Shown here: in pieces, positions 41,981-55,495 of the stretch
Numbering within the stretch: the stretch's first letter is position 1
Layout of the letters: every line of letters begins with the position of its first letter
Source: the human T2T-CHM13v2.0 reference genome, Homo sapiens
Length of the DNA: 64,000 nt
NCBI RefSeq assembly: GCF_009914755.1
Contig: NC_060925.1
Reading direction: 5' to 3' (one strand)
Program-made: the position numbers and the translations under genes
The notes under the pieces: generated by a model
Database searches by the model: none
What the model was told of the DNA's origin: nothing
Seen by the model: only the letters and a program-made list of their open reading frames with translations

Positions 41981-42948
41981 TCTTCAGCTGGTGAGAGCAG
42001 TTCTGGTCACGTGGTCACTTGATGTCATTTGAGTTTCCATGGTTTGTTACTCATTTTCTACTGGGGCCCAATGGTATGCCAGGAATTGTTTATCAATAGT
42101 TCATAGTCCTGTACTGTAGATGTCATAGCCTTGCCCTGGAACCCTAGAAGTGTGCACTGTATAAAACACATTTTGCTACTACAATTAATTCCAGTACTAT
42201 AGGTGATGTGGTGCAAGCAAGAGTCCTGGACCTTATGCAGACCCATTTGTTGCCTGGGGCTCCTCTCAAAAGTTACACCTCTTTGCATCGTTTGGCAAAT
42301 AGATCATAACAGTAGTCTCAAGTGTATTATATGTTGCACCTCAACATCAAAGAGGTCTGCTGAACATTGTGATTCTCTTTCAAAGCTAGGAGGCAAGATA
42401 GTAATTTGCCCTTTACTTTGGAATACATATCCCAGGATGCTCAGAACACTCGGACCCTAAGATGTTTACCTATGGGGCAGCCTCTTGAATCTTCCTCTAG
42501 AACACACGTTTCTTTCCAAAGCATCCAGAATACTTGCCACTTTTTGCACATCAGGCACGGTTAACATGACATCCTCAATATAGTGGACCAGTGTGATGTT
42601 CTGCAGAATGTCCAGATGACTCAAGGCTGTGCTGACAATGTTATGACAAAGAGCAGGAGAATTAACACAGCCCTGGGGCAAGACTGTGGATATACACTAT
42701 TATCTGTTTATGTGAATGAGAACTTCTTCCGATCCTTCTTTCTGATAAAAATGAAAAAGAAAACATTTGCCAGTTCAGTGGCGACATACTTTTGGTGTGC
42801 TTGGTGACTCTTGGTTAACAGGTGGTCCACAGTTTTTGCAAGGCCAGGCTCGGCTCGTGTATTAAATAGGACCCCATTAGGGACCACCATTCCTGTCTCC
42901 TTGAAGACTTGGAGGGTGGCACTAATTTTTGCCATTTCCTTGAGATGC

Positions 42949-43399
42949 TGTTATGGGTTGAATTATATCCCCAAAGGATATATTGAAGTCCTATCCCCTG
43001 GTATCTATGAATGTGACCTTGTTTAGAAATAGGGTGGATGCAGATATTATTAGTTAAGATGAGGTCATACTGGAATAGGGTGGACCCTTTCCCAGTATGA
43101 CTGGTATCTTTATCAGAAAAGGGAAATTTAGACACAGCTATAGACACAGAGGGAAGACAGTTATGTAAATCTGGAGGCAGAGATTGGAGTTATGCTGCCA
43201 CAAGTGATGGATTGCCTGGGGGCTACCAGAAGATGGAAGAGATGAGGAAGAATCCTCCTTCTAAGACTTTGGAGGGAGCATAGACCTGCTGACACCTTAT
43301 TTTTAGATTTCTAGCCTCCAGAACTGTGAAATAAACTTCTGTTGTTTAAAGCCACTTAGTTTGTGTACTTTGTTATAGCAGCCATAGGAAACTAATACA
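42949..43399 (+). mobile_element. MLT1B/C solo LTR with 5-bp TSD gatgc
   Basis: TG...CA ends; gatgc at 42944-42948 and 43400-43404. Confidence 0.88.
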
Positions 43400-43404
43400 G
43401 ATGC

Positions 43405-43515
43405 AATATATATACTATATATAATATATATGAATACATATACATAAATATATATACTATATATAATATATGCATACATATACATAAATATATATAATCA
43501 TATATATTTATAAAT
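43405..43515. repeat. (TA)n-rich simple repeat
   Basis: Read directly from the sequence. Confidence 0.9.
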
Positions 43516-43760
43516 TCATTATCCTCGTGGAAGTGTCTTACTGGCATATCCAGGATCATTCTCTGGGCCTTTGCTACAACAACAGCTATAACTTTACAAT
43601 TCAATGAACAAAGGGTTCTGCCAACTGCTAAGTATGCCCATCCCAATTGTACATTTGGAAATTGTGCAAAGGCCCACCCGTACCCATTGTGAGACAGACA
43701 TGGTTTGGACTCCGGTTGCTAGTTGACTTCCATATACCTCTACTCTTAGCAGGAGGGTAA

Positions 43761-44184
43761 TGTATTAGTCAGGGTTCTCTAGAATCATATATATATTATA
43801 TATATGAGAGCTTATTATGTATTAACTTACATGACCACAAGGTCCCACAATAGGATGCCTGCAAGCTTGAGGAGCAAGGATAGCCAGTCTGAGTCTCAAA
43901 ACTGAAGAACTTGGAGTCTGATGTTCAAGGGCAGGAAGTATCCAGCATGGGAGAAAGATAGAGGCTGAGAGGCTAGACCAGTCTCTCCTTTTCACGTTTT
44001 TCTGTCTGTTTTATATTCACTGGCAGCTGATTAGATGGTGCCCATCCAATTAAGATTGGGTCAGCCTTTCCCAGCCCACTGACTCAAATGTTAATTCCTT
44101 TGGCAACACCCTCACAGACACACCCAGGGTCAATACTTTGTATCCTTCAATCCGATCAAGTTGGACTCAGTATTAACTATCACA
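43761..44184 (-). mobile_element. MLT2A solo LTR, TSD ggtaa/ggcaa
   Basis: Full LTR 'tgtattagtcagggttctctaga...tattaactatcaca'; 4/5 TSD at 43756-43760 and 44185-44189. Confidence 0.92.
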
Positions 44185-45905
44185 GGCAATGATGGTGTTT
44201 GGGATCTTTGGCTATCAGCATCAATCTGTATTCACGTGTTTGGAAATATCTGAGTAATTTACGGATTGATCGATGGTGTTGCAACATCTTTCTTGTTTTT
44301 CAGTTGATGTGTTTTGGGTCACAGAACTGGCTCAGGCCTAAAAGCTGAGCATGGAAATAAGGCTTTTCACTGAGCATAGCTGACCTCAAACTTCTACTCT
44401 GCCGTCACGTATCTCTTTTGAATATTCATATTCAAATACCCTTATTGGCTGCCTATCTATCTTGCCCCTAGGGACAAAATGTTCTATGAGCCCTTTCCAT
44501 AAATTCTGTGGGTCATGCCTTGCTGACTCATTCTGAACTTGCTGTGGATTATAGCCTTCTGTCCACCGCTCTTCTATTGGGTACATGCTGCCACCTAGCC
44601 TCTGCTCTTCTCAGATCCTATCATCTCCATTGCTATTAGGGAACCCACTACCATAACAATATCTCACATCATTATTCCCAGGGGTCCTTCTGACCTTATT
44701 GCCTTGGGCATGTCTTATGGGCCTCCCTAAGGAATATGGTCGGTACAGGGTTTTCTGTCTCATAGAACGGACCCATTGCTTGCATGTTGCTTCTGTGAGC
44801 CTTTTAAGCCCTTCCTCCATCATTTGCTACAGCAATTCTGGCATCTCTATTTTGTTTACTGTAGGCCTTTCCTTTTCTCAGGCTTTCAAAGTTAATTGTA
44901 TCAGCTGATTACAGCAATCACTGGGGCTCTTGCCAGGGCATTAAATCCTGTGTCACTGGAAAGTGCCACTATATTGCAAAACACTCCCTAACACAGCTGT
45001 ATAGCCTATCTTCTCTTGATTTAACCCCCTGAGGAACCACTTCCAGTTCCTGATGGTAACATGTTATCCATGTCTTGATGTTTTTAGGCATATAATTTCT
45101 TTTCTGCTTTACCTGTCCCAACACTTTTGATCAGGTTATGCTGAGATTTTACTCTAATTATGAACCAAGAGAGGAAGTGGAGCAAGTCCTGAGAAGGTAA
45201 AGAAATGTTATCTAAGATACCTGCCTCACTTGATACCTTTGTATAACTTCAAACGTGTGTGTGTGTGTGTAGCTCTGTCTTCCAATAAGCGATAATTGGT
45301 CACATTTTCAGGTGCATAGGACTCAGGATAACCCAAGATTTGAGATTCTTAACTGTGTCGATACAGATATCCCCATCCAAGCATCAGGGCCCCACTCCCT
45401 TCAGGGCTCTAAGTTTGTGTAAGAGACCTGCCTAGACTGAGATCCAGCTTTCTCTGATGCACTGCTAACAATTAATTTTGTTTTCTCTTGTTCTTCAACC
45501 GTGGCTGCCATCCAGGTGCAGAAGTGGAAGTTTTATTTAAATAGTGCCTAGGAGTTCCTGTTACTCTCACTTTGCTAATTTACTTTGTTGATTAATAGAC
45601 TTGAACCTGTCATTTTCTCTCTTCAATCACTGGTGCTGAGCAGTAGCCAACCAATTCCACATTCTTATAGTTGTTATTTCTTCATATCTCTAAAACACCC
45701 AGAGTATTGTCGCAGCTATTGCACCGCTTCCACCTGTATCCCATCACAGGACAGCATAGGTGAAAGCCAGTAAAATGCACCAGCATTCCAAGGACTATCA
45801 ACATTCCACCTATCACCAGCAATAGGGTTCTCATTATCATCCAGCTGGAAAATGATCCAACTCCAGGATCCCCATCTTTACAGTCTGTCTCTTAGAAGTG
45901 CTTCT

Positions 45906-46346
45906 TGTATCAGTGGTCATAGATTGGGTTCCATTCAGGTTAGGGATCCTTGTTTAAGTCACTTATTGGGGATGTGCTCAATAGGGGAGTGAGGGAAGCA
46001 GAATAGGATGGGGAAAACGCCAAGCAAGAATGTGGTCTCAGGAGGGACTAGCTTCAGTCTGATCCTACAGGACACTGGAGCACAAATTACACAACAGAAC
46101 TAGTCGTACATAGAGAAAAAGAGGCTGGCCTTGTGTATCCCATGCCAGGAGGTCATTGGCTGAGTCAACCCTGGAGAAGGGAGGGAAAGTGGTGTATCCA
46201 CCCAGGCAAAGTGGCTTCCATCTGGTTCAGGGCGATTCTCTGGAATAGGGGTGAGCTGTTTGTTGTTATCTCCAAAAGTCACAGCAAATGGGAGATGGTA
46301 CAACCAGAAAAGGGAATGTGGGCAAACACCAGCCACATTCACCACA
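45906..46346 (-). mobile_element. LTR16-like LTR (probable 5' LTR of the ancient ERV)
   Basis: 'ggggagtgagggaagcagaatagga..gccaagcaagaatgtggtctc..cagtctgatcc' resembles LTR16; abuts the internal region. Confidence 0.55.
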
Positions 46347-47499
46347 ATATTACAGAGCTATTAGGAACTATAATGATCAGCATGAAGTTTTTCTGTGTCC
46401 TAGGTAAGAAATACATTTCTTTAAACCGTCTGGAAATCTTCTATAGTCTTGGATAAGAAGGTTGTGTTTATCTTTCCTCCTTTTTAGTGGAATTATACTC
46501 AATCCCAAATGCCCATTCACTATGTTTAACAAGGGACCGTCACGCAAATAGCATCTCTCTTCCTGGTCTGCTGTCAACTCTTCAAGTCTCCACATCAAAA
46601 ATGTTATTCCCTACTGAGTTAACTTTACTTTTCTCTCTCCTTACCTTTGTTCTTGCATATAATGGTTGCAGTGAGGGATTATGAGAACATCTCCTTTCAG
46701 ATACGTTGTCACATTCAGAATTGTGTGATCTAGCATGAGAAAGGCTTAACCTTTTTCCTTTCCATGTGCCAGTGAAAATTTCTTTATACTAATACACGTT
46801 ATTTCTGAAAAGGGGATGAGAGAAAGGGACAAGAGAAGGGATGATACAAAAGTAATGTAGAAGTGGCCAAGAATAAGATTTGGCTTTCCTATTTTTTTAG
46901 TTTGAGTTTGGAAATTTATGCATTCTTTTTGTTTGTTTTTCATCCAGTAAAAAAAGTGTCACCTCTCGTCAGGACTTCAATAGTTCTGAAGGGTCTGGAA
47001 GTAAGTCATTGTCTCCTGAGTTGATTTAAGGCAGTTTATGATGAGAGTCATTCTGTTTTTTATTCCCTAAAACTCTGAGCATACTGCTGAGTGAATAGTC
47101 TGTGCTCCACAACTACTTGAAAAATGGTGATGCAGGCCAAAGTGTTTTGAAAACTGTAAAAATCCATGCGGAAATGAGGTAATATGATTGCTTTAAATTG
47201 ACCTCTCCAAAGGCTCTTTCACCTTTTACCTGTTTTACCTGTTTTACCCCATATATAGATCCCAATGTTCTTCCTCCTACTTGATGCAGAATGCCTGTTT
47301 CATTTTCTCCTTTTTAGCCATAAAAATTCCAAGTATAATTCTAGGGCTTGGTTTGAATCCCACTGTGAGGAAACAAATCCCGATACTCTAAGGTTTGGCA
47401 ATGGAGGATGAATATCCCTTTAGGGAAAACGATGGCTGAAACCTGTGGGTTTCACTCGTGTCTACTGAGATTCTCCTAAGGGACCTTCTTTTCTTAGGA

Positions 47500-47690
47500 C
47501 AGTGTTTTCAAAGTGTAGTCCGCACGTCAGAATATTAGCATTACTAGAGAACTTGTTAAAAATGAAAATGATTAGCTCTACCCCAGACCTATTAAATTTT
47601 GAACCCTGATTGTAGGACCCTGCAGTTCATGTTTCAGTAAGCCTTCCAGGTGATTGTGAGGCCCGCTAAAGTTTGAGAACCATTGTCCTA
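47500..47690. mobile_element. MER5A
   Basis: 'cagtgttttcaaagtgtagtcc..aagccttccaggtgatt..taaagtttgagaaccattg'. Confidence 0.8.
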
Positions 47691-47877
47691 GGGAATCACT
47701 TACTGATCACTTTTGATACCACCCCATTAGCTTCAGGAAGTCCTCCTCAACTTAGCACTTTACACCAAATTAACCCTTAATTGTTGTGGCACAGTCAAAA
47801 CATTTAAACTAGCTTTCCTACCTAATGCCTTCTCCATCATAAAAAGAAAGTGAATTCCTAACATTAATGTATAATTA

Positions 47878-48192
47878 GGCCAGGCGCGATGGCTCATGCC
47901 TGTAATCCCAGCACTTTGGGAGGCTGAGGTGGGTGGATCACCTGAGGTCAGGAGTTTGAGATCAGCGTGGTCAACATGCTGAATCCCCATCTCTACTGAA
48001 AAAATACAAAAATTAGCCAGGCATGGTGGTGTGTGCCTGTAATCCCAGCTGCTCTGGTGGCTGAGGAGGGAAAATTGCTTGAACCCAGAGATGGAGGTTT
48101 CAGTGAGCCAAGATCATGCCATTGCACTCCAACCTGGGTCACAAGAGCAAAACTTGGTCTCAAAAAAATAAAAATATAAAAATAAAAATAAA
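47878..48192 (+). mobile_element. AluS
   Basis: Dimeric Alu with A-rich tail. Confidence 0.92.
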
Positions 48193-48769
48193 CCCACCAG
48201 TTTTATAGTCAGGCAAACTACACTTTGACTCCTGCTTTTCACTCAACCACGTTGATAGGAAGGCTCTGCATCTGTTAAATGATGGTAATAGTAATATCTA
48301 CCTTTTAAGACTATGGTGGAAATTAAGTGAGTTGGTGAATGGAAAGCACTTAGCAAAACGTCTGACTCATAGGTGGTTTTCAGTAAATGATAACAAATCA
48401 TAATTTAGCTTAGTCATCATCATTTCATAGCCCCCTATCTGCAGTGGGTCTCAGAGACTAGCTCTCAGGCCACCTCCACCGGGCATGGAACATTTTTTAC
48501 CTTTGGAATTTAGAGGCAACCCTAAGCATGTCTTGGGCCCTTAGGGTGTAAGCCAAGAGAGAAGCAGGAATTCTCTTCTGTGTCTAACTTCCACTGTCCA
48601 AATTCTAACTTCCACTGTCTTAAGACCCTTCTGTCACCTAGGATATTGTTTTTGGGAAACATCAGGCCCATTCCCAACATTTACAGGGACTGAAGCAGGA
48701 GTACAAATGGAAGGCCCACACATCATATATGTATTTATAATTTACAGAGCAAGCTGAAAATGTTTTATA

Positions 48770-49190
48770 CTCTGGGTAGGCAGGATATCAGCCCACACAA
48801 TCCCAGGAAGCTGTGACTATGTTACATTATGAGATAAAGGGACTTTGCAGATGTGATTAAGTTCAGGGCTTGAGATGGGGTGATGATCCTAGATAATCTA
48901 GTCCGATGAAATCACAAGGGTCTTTATAAGAAGGAGGAAGGAGAGTCAGAGAAGGAGATGTAACAAAGGAAGCCAAAATTGGAGTTGTGCAAATCCATGA
49001 GTGAGGTAGTGGGCAGTCTCTAGAAGCTGTGAAAAAGCAAGAAAAGGGATTCTTCCCTTGATCCCCAGTGGGAGTGCCTTGCTGGCCCATTTTAGACTGC
49101 TGACCTTCAGAACTGCTCCTTAATATATTTGTGTTGTTTTAAGTCATAAAGTTGCAGCAATTAGTTACTACAGTGATAAGAAACTAATAA
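48770..49190 (+). mobile_element. MLT1D/C-like LTR
   Basis: 'aaagggactttgcagatgtgattaag..ccttcagaactg..tttgtgttgttttaag..aaactaata'. Confidence 0.75.
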
Positions 49191-49321
49191 ACCTCCTACC
49201 TTCATAACAGTACAATTTTTAAAAAATGTGTACATATGTTTTTATAAGACTGAAAGTTGGCAAAATATCAATGGTGATTGAATTTGATTATTATTTTGCA
49301 TAACAAATGGTCTTTGAATGA

Positions 49322-49675
<354 letters not shown>

Positions 49676-52089
49676 TCATTAATTATTTTTATCTCATAAC
49701 GCTTATTTTTCTTTCCTGTATTTCAGCACAATCATGAGTTATATGGTTCAGAGAACTTGTTTCTTATACACAGTATTGCCAAACTAGGCCACCATACTTG
49801 AATTACTGTAGTTCCTAGCTAATATTTTTAAATTATTTTCAGTCTGGAGAAACTTGGTTCTACTGAGGCAGTAGCAACCTAATTGTCATTAAAACTCTTA
49901 AAGAATACTGGATTAAGAAATAGATTATTAAGTTATATATCACGTTCATGCATTATAAGGGGATTGTCTATGATGCATGATCTCATCATGATCTTATCAT
50001 GATCTCAGAAAAAAATTACCAAGTATTTAACTTAAGCAAGTGATTACTGTTATGTATATTTTGCTTTTCAACACCTACAAATCAATATCTAGATGCCTAG
50101 AGTTTTACTTAAGTTTCTTTTTTCCCCCAATCTTTTCAATGGTGAAATATTAGAAGAAAATTTTAAAAACAGAAGTATGATGCTTAATTTGATCAGTTCT
50201 CTCACTACATTTGATACTATTTCTAAATAAGAATGACCAGTCTGCAGGTTCTCATTTGTTTGTGCATGAATTCCTTTGTGTTCATATAAATATTTTCTAT
50301 TTCCTTTTTCTAATTTTTAAATATTTTATTGTTGCATCTCACATGTAGTTTATTTCAATTTAGAAAAAAGTGTTCAAAATATTTGCAAAGACTTTGTATT
50401 TTTTTTAAAATGAAGTAGCCAAACCTAGATTGTTAGTGTTTTTATAAACTTCTGCCATATAATAAGTGGCAAGCAACAATTCATACTGCATCAATTTGTG
50501 ATTCTCTTGAGAATCGCAAACAAGAACACAGAGACATAAGAAAACAGACGCTTGGCACTTGTGGAAAATGGTGTGTTATTATACAAGAATCTTCTGCTTT
50601 AGTTCTGTCAGAGAGGGCAGAATTGAGTAAATACTTTGTCTTTTCTTTTACCAAAATCCTTCCCTGTACCCTGGAGCCCTGTCCGTCCATCCATCTCAGA
50701 TGTTAGTTTCAGCACAGTCCCGTAAACCTTCAGGCACTGACACATAAAGACCTTTTGTTCTGAGGACTGGGAAGAGAGATGTAGAAAAGTGTTTCCCTAG
50801 GGCGTGGACAGTTTATACTACATCCACTAAAGTCAAGTGCAGTTCTGAGGGAACCCTTTTATGGGATTTTGCATTCTCTACCCATAGAAATGTGTCTTTC
50901 TCCTCTTATTGGAAAAACAACAACAAAAGCATAGAAATAGTAATAGAACTCACCGCAACAGCATAATGCACCAAGTGGCACATGTGTGCACACTGACACT
51001 CACACAAGTGAAAAACTGAAGCAAGTCGCCCAAATTTGCATGGGTAACAGATTTGGGATTCGAGCCCATGTCTACTTCACATTGAGTTCATTCTGGTACG
51101 TCATCTTGCTTCCTCAAGAGCAGGGTGTTATCCTTTCTCTGGTTTATCTAGCAGCTTACCTGTATTTGTCACTCAAAACTGACTCACATTTCACCTCCTG
51201 GGGAAGGTGCCCCAATTCCCTTTTGAACTTTCTACAGTAACATGCTCTTCAGTCATTTATAGGGTTACGTGCTGTTCTCACGCTGGCCTCTGATTCTTTG
51301 AGGACAAGGACTGTGTTTTACTGCTTTCTGCATTTCTGAGGCCTAAGAGAGCGCCTGGAATATATTAGGAGCTGAAATATGGGATAATAAGAAAGCTCTT
51401 AATTTTAAAAAAGAAATATGCTACCACTATAATTCAGCATATTAAGCAATAAGTATGGACATGAAATCCAGAAGTCACATAAATTCATCTTTAGGTCCCA
51501 GATTGATAGCTGCTGGGATATTTTTAGAGAATTTTGAAAAGATTCCACAGTTTTCTTCAGCAATTTATTCAAATATGGGCCATTCTATACTGTCAGCAAA
51601 TTCTCTCTGATATTTAACCTGAAGCAGTAACCTATAAATGGTATGCTGAGGCTCTGAGAGAGCTGGTATAATTGCCAAAGTTGCAGTCTTACTACTGGGA
51701 TATATTTAAGGTTTGGGAAAGTCTTAATTCAGCACATTTTGAAGAGCAGTATTTTTAGTTCCTTGGGTGAATGGTCCTGTTTTAATTCAGGAAACAAAAG
51801 GTGCTGGTTTAGCTAACAGTTTGATTTCAATCTCTGAAGCCTTTCCACCAATTATTTTCTTTTTCAAGCAAAATCAATCTTTCCTCCATGTTCTCAAGTC
51901 CAATTTATTTAAAACACACACGTACATGTCTGCAGGCACACATACATACACACACATAGTATTACAGTACAACTATTATATACTGTTTTAGATGTAGATA
52001 TAGAAAGAAGTATAGATATAGATTGCGGTTTCTTGAGTTTCTAAGAGTTTCCTTATTGTTTGCTTCTCCAGTGACTTTGCAATAACCTA

Positions 52090-54300
52090 GCAAACTTCCA
52101 GTAAATGTTCGCGAAATACGTGAATAGTAAATGAGAGAAATGAGGTGGAGCTTGAAATAATCCTGCCACCTTTGTTCCTATCACTGTAAATGTTATGTAT
52201 ACCTGTCTCTTTTCGTAGAAAGTCTTGCACATATGTACCCGGAGAAGAGACAGTCATTGGTGTGATTGCTGTCTTAGAGGGTATGCTCAGCTTGAACTTT
52301 ACCAGGAAACAACAAATTATTTTTGAAAGTGATTGAAAATTTATACTCCTACCAGCCATGTATAAAGGTTCCTATTTATCTGTGTACTCTCTGATCTTTG
52401 ATATTGTCAGACTTAATTTTTGCCAATCTAGTAGGTATGTACAGGTATCTCATTGTGACTTTACTGAAGACTGGACAATTTTCAGATATTTATTTGCTCT
52501 TTATTTTTTTATTTTCTGTGACATCTCTGTTTAGCTTTTTTGTTCTCTTTTGTTTTTCTTCTTTATTACTGATTTGCAGGCATTTTTACATTTATGTAAA
52601 TACTAATATTTTGTCTCAGGCTGGCTTGTCTTTTTACCCTCTTTCTGGTGCTTCTTGGTGGATAACATTCTTCATTTTGATGTAGTTGAATTTCATCACC
52701 CTTTTATTTTATATGGTCAATGCTTTGTGCTTAAAAAATCCTTTCCTACCCCAACTTTATAAATATCTTTTCCTATATTTTCTCTAAAAGTTTTAAGGTT
52801 CGCCACCATTCGTTGACTGATCTTTCTCTCAGTAATTTCCAATGCCATGTCTGTTACACAGCAAGCTATCATTTATGCAGGGGTCTGATTCTGGGCTCTC
52901 TATTCTGATTTGTTTGGCCTGTGTGTCTGTCCCTGAGCCTAATTAGTAATTTATATCAGTAAGGCATTTTCTCCTACTCTGTCACTCTTCAGAAATGGTG
53001 AGTTCTTCCTGCTCCTGTACTCATCATGTAAATTTTAAAATCACTGGTTAAATTTTATGAAAACCTGTTATAACTTTCATTGTAATTGTATTGAATTTAG
53101 AAAGCCATTTCTGGAAATTGGCATTTTTTTGGTATTGTGTCTTCCTATCTATTAACATTCTGTATTTCTTGATTTATTTAGGTCTGTCAAAGTCTTTAGA
53201 AAATATTTATAATTATTATTCTTAGGTCTTGCTCCTCTTTGTTACATTACTTCACTTTTGCTACTATTGTAACTAGTATATTTTAAAAATATATATTTTC
53301 AATTTGTGGCTGATCATGGAAATAAAATTAGATTTTATATTTTGACATTACAACCAGCTGTTTGTTATTGATTATTATGCATAATAACTTGTCTTGAGAA
53401 TCTTTTGTGTTTTACATAAAAATCCATTTTCTGCAAATATTAACACTGTGTTTCTTCCCTTCTAATCTTTACTCCTTTAATTTTTTTCTTGTAATTGTAT
53501 TGGGTGTTTAGTACAGTGCTGAAAAGAAGTGCTATTATAGTCATGCTCGTCTTGTTTCATATTGTACAGGGAATTGCAATCAGATTATGTCTGTTGTAGG
53601 CTTTTTATAGATGCATTTGATTAGGTTATGGGCGCTTTTTGCGTTCTTAGCTTTATAAGATTTTTAAAAATATGCTTGTGTTGGATTTTTTTTAAATTAT
53701 ATTTTTCCCTGCACTTATTGAGATGGTTTTTTTAAAAAATTTATTGATATGGTGATAAATATATTTTCTAATGATAAACTGCCTTTTCCTTCCTAAAATA
53801 AGCTCAACTTGGTCAAGATATATTATTATGGTTTTAAATTTATATTTGGAAAGTTTGCCTATATTTTATTTAATTTTTTTGCATCTAGTTTCATAAGTGA
53901 AGTTGACTGATATTTTTTTCCCACATTGTGGTATTTTAAAAAGTATCAATGATATGGTAGGCTCTTAGAGTGACTTGAAGATTGTGCCCTCTTTTTATCT
54001 TTTGGGGAAGAGTTTAAAATTTATAAATAATGTGGTAGGATTCACCTATACAATATCTGGGTCTGATATTTTCTTCATGGGAAGATTTTTTAAAACTGTG
54101 ATTCGTTTTTAACCTATTTAAAGCCTACTCTTTATTCTTAATACTGTTTTAATGTTATGTTTTTTCTAATAATGTGTCCATTTTGACTAAGTTTTTTAGT
54201 ATGTTGGTATAATGTGATACACACACACACACACACACGCGCGCGCGCGCACACACACATACACACACGCAAAATACCATAGTGTTACCTTATCTTTTTA
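52090..54300 (-). mobile_element. Highly diverged L1ME fragment(s)
   Basis: T-rich antisense L1 text ('tttttgccaatctagtagg..gtatctcattgtg', 'attgtaattgtattgaattt'). Confidence 0.6.
54217..54271. repeat. (CA)n(CG)6(CA)n alternating purine-pyrimidine microsatellite
   Basis: Read directly from the sequence. Confidence 0.92.
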
Positions 54301-55364
54301 ACCTGTTTTATCTGCAGTTGTATATCTGCAGTAATCTGCAGTTTTGTATCTGTAGTTATGACTTATATAGTTATATTTAAAACTTCTTTTGAAACAAATG
54401 TTCGTAACTGCATATCAGAAAAGTATTACAGAAGGTATTTAATCATTTAAATTTGAGTGTGTTCTGTGCTTCCCAGATGCAGAAATAAAATATTTTCTTT
54501 TGTTTTATTTTCCAACACAAGAGGGCAGCATTGCTGCACTGTTAATTTCCTGTAGGCTAACACCGCTGTGCCTTGTGTAGGTTTAAATATACAGCACATC
54601 TCTTTCAAATGGATAATCATTTGAGGATTGCATAAATGTGGACCTTGTCTATTTTTCACTTACATGACATTCATTGAAATTTAGTTTTGAAAACAATACT
54701 CTCTGATTAGCATTTATACATGTTTTATATTTGCTTCATTGTTTCTGATTCTGTAACAATCACCTCATTCTGAGAAGACTAGGTACTGTTGTGTTTGATA
54801 GTGTGTATGTATGGTAATTTTCTAGAAATCTGAATTTTTTTAAATGGGCTTTTCAATGATATTACTGAGAAATAGGTAGGGTACTATTTTGACATAAAGG
54901 ATAAAGAACCCACAAAGTCCATGAGCTTCCTGTCGGATATGAGAGATTAAAACTGCTGCTGACTACACCACCAGGTCCATGTCAATTAACTCATTTGCAG
55001 ATGGGAGGTGAGAGTGCAAAAATAATATTAACATTAATATTAAGTACCATTACTGGCTACTCATTATAGCTTAGATTCTTTATTTGCTCTACTTAGATTT
55101 ATTTTTATAACATCATCCTGTAAAGTAGGTATTATTACCCCCATTTTTACAGATGAGGAGGCAGAAGCTTGGGTTGGCTAACTCACCCCTTAGTTCATGA
55201 GGGTCAGAAGAGGGTGCTGATTAATAAATCCCCAGGCTTTCTCACTACTGCACACTGCCTCACCATCAACAGCAAAACAGGTTGAATTCGACGATTCAGT
55301 AAAAAAGTAATTTTGATAGTTGAGTTCCTTTATCCCTTACCACGTCTATTTCACATATATGATT

Positions 55365-55495
55365 ATTATTATTTTGGTAGAGATGAGGTCTTTTTATGTT
55401 GTTCAGGCTGGTCTCAAACTCCTGGGCTCAAGCAATTCTCTTCCTCCTGAGCCTCCTAAACTGCAGGGATTACGGGCATGAGCCACGTGCCTGGC
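55365..55495 (-). mobile_element. FLAM (free left Alu monomer) with 14-bp TSD
   Basis: 'gtctcaaactcctgggctcaagcaattctc'; TSD tcacata[t/a]tgatt-type copies at 55351-55364 and 55496-55509. Confidence 0.8.

Larger units (their letters stand above)
40275..45905 (-). mobile_element. Ancient class III ERV internal region (HERV16/ERVL-E-like), degraded gag-pol with nested insertions
   Basis: RT 'PQGCVNSPALCHNIV..LVHYIEDVML' (42466..42681), 'KISATLQVFKETGMVVP', Gag remnants 'EEGLKRL' and 'LWKGLIEHFVPRGKIDRQP'. Confidence 0.75.

Noticed and set aside
48583-48619. Short direct repeats (tctaacttccactgtc x2; similar pairs near 57230-57267 and 3984-4040)
   Set aside because: Ordinary slippage duplications with no regular repeat-spacer structure; not CRISPR-like.
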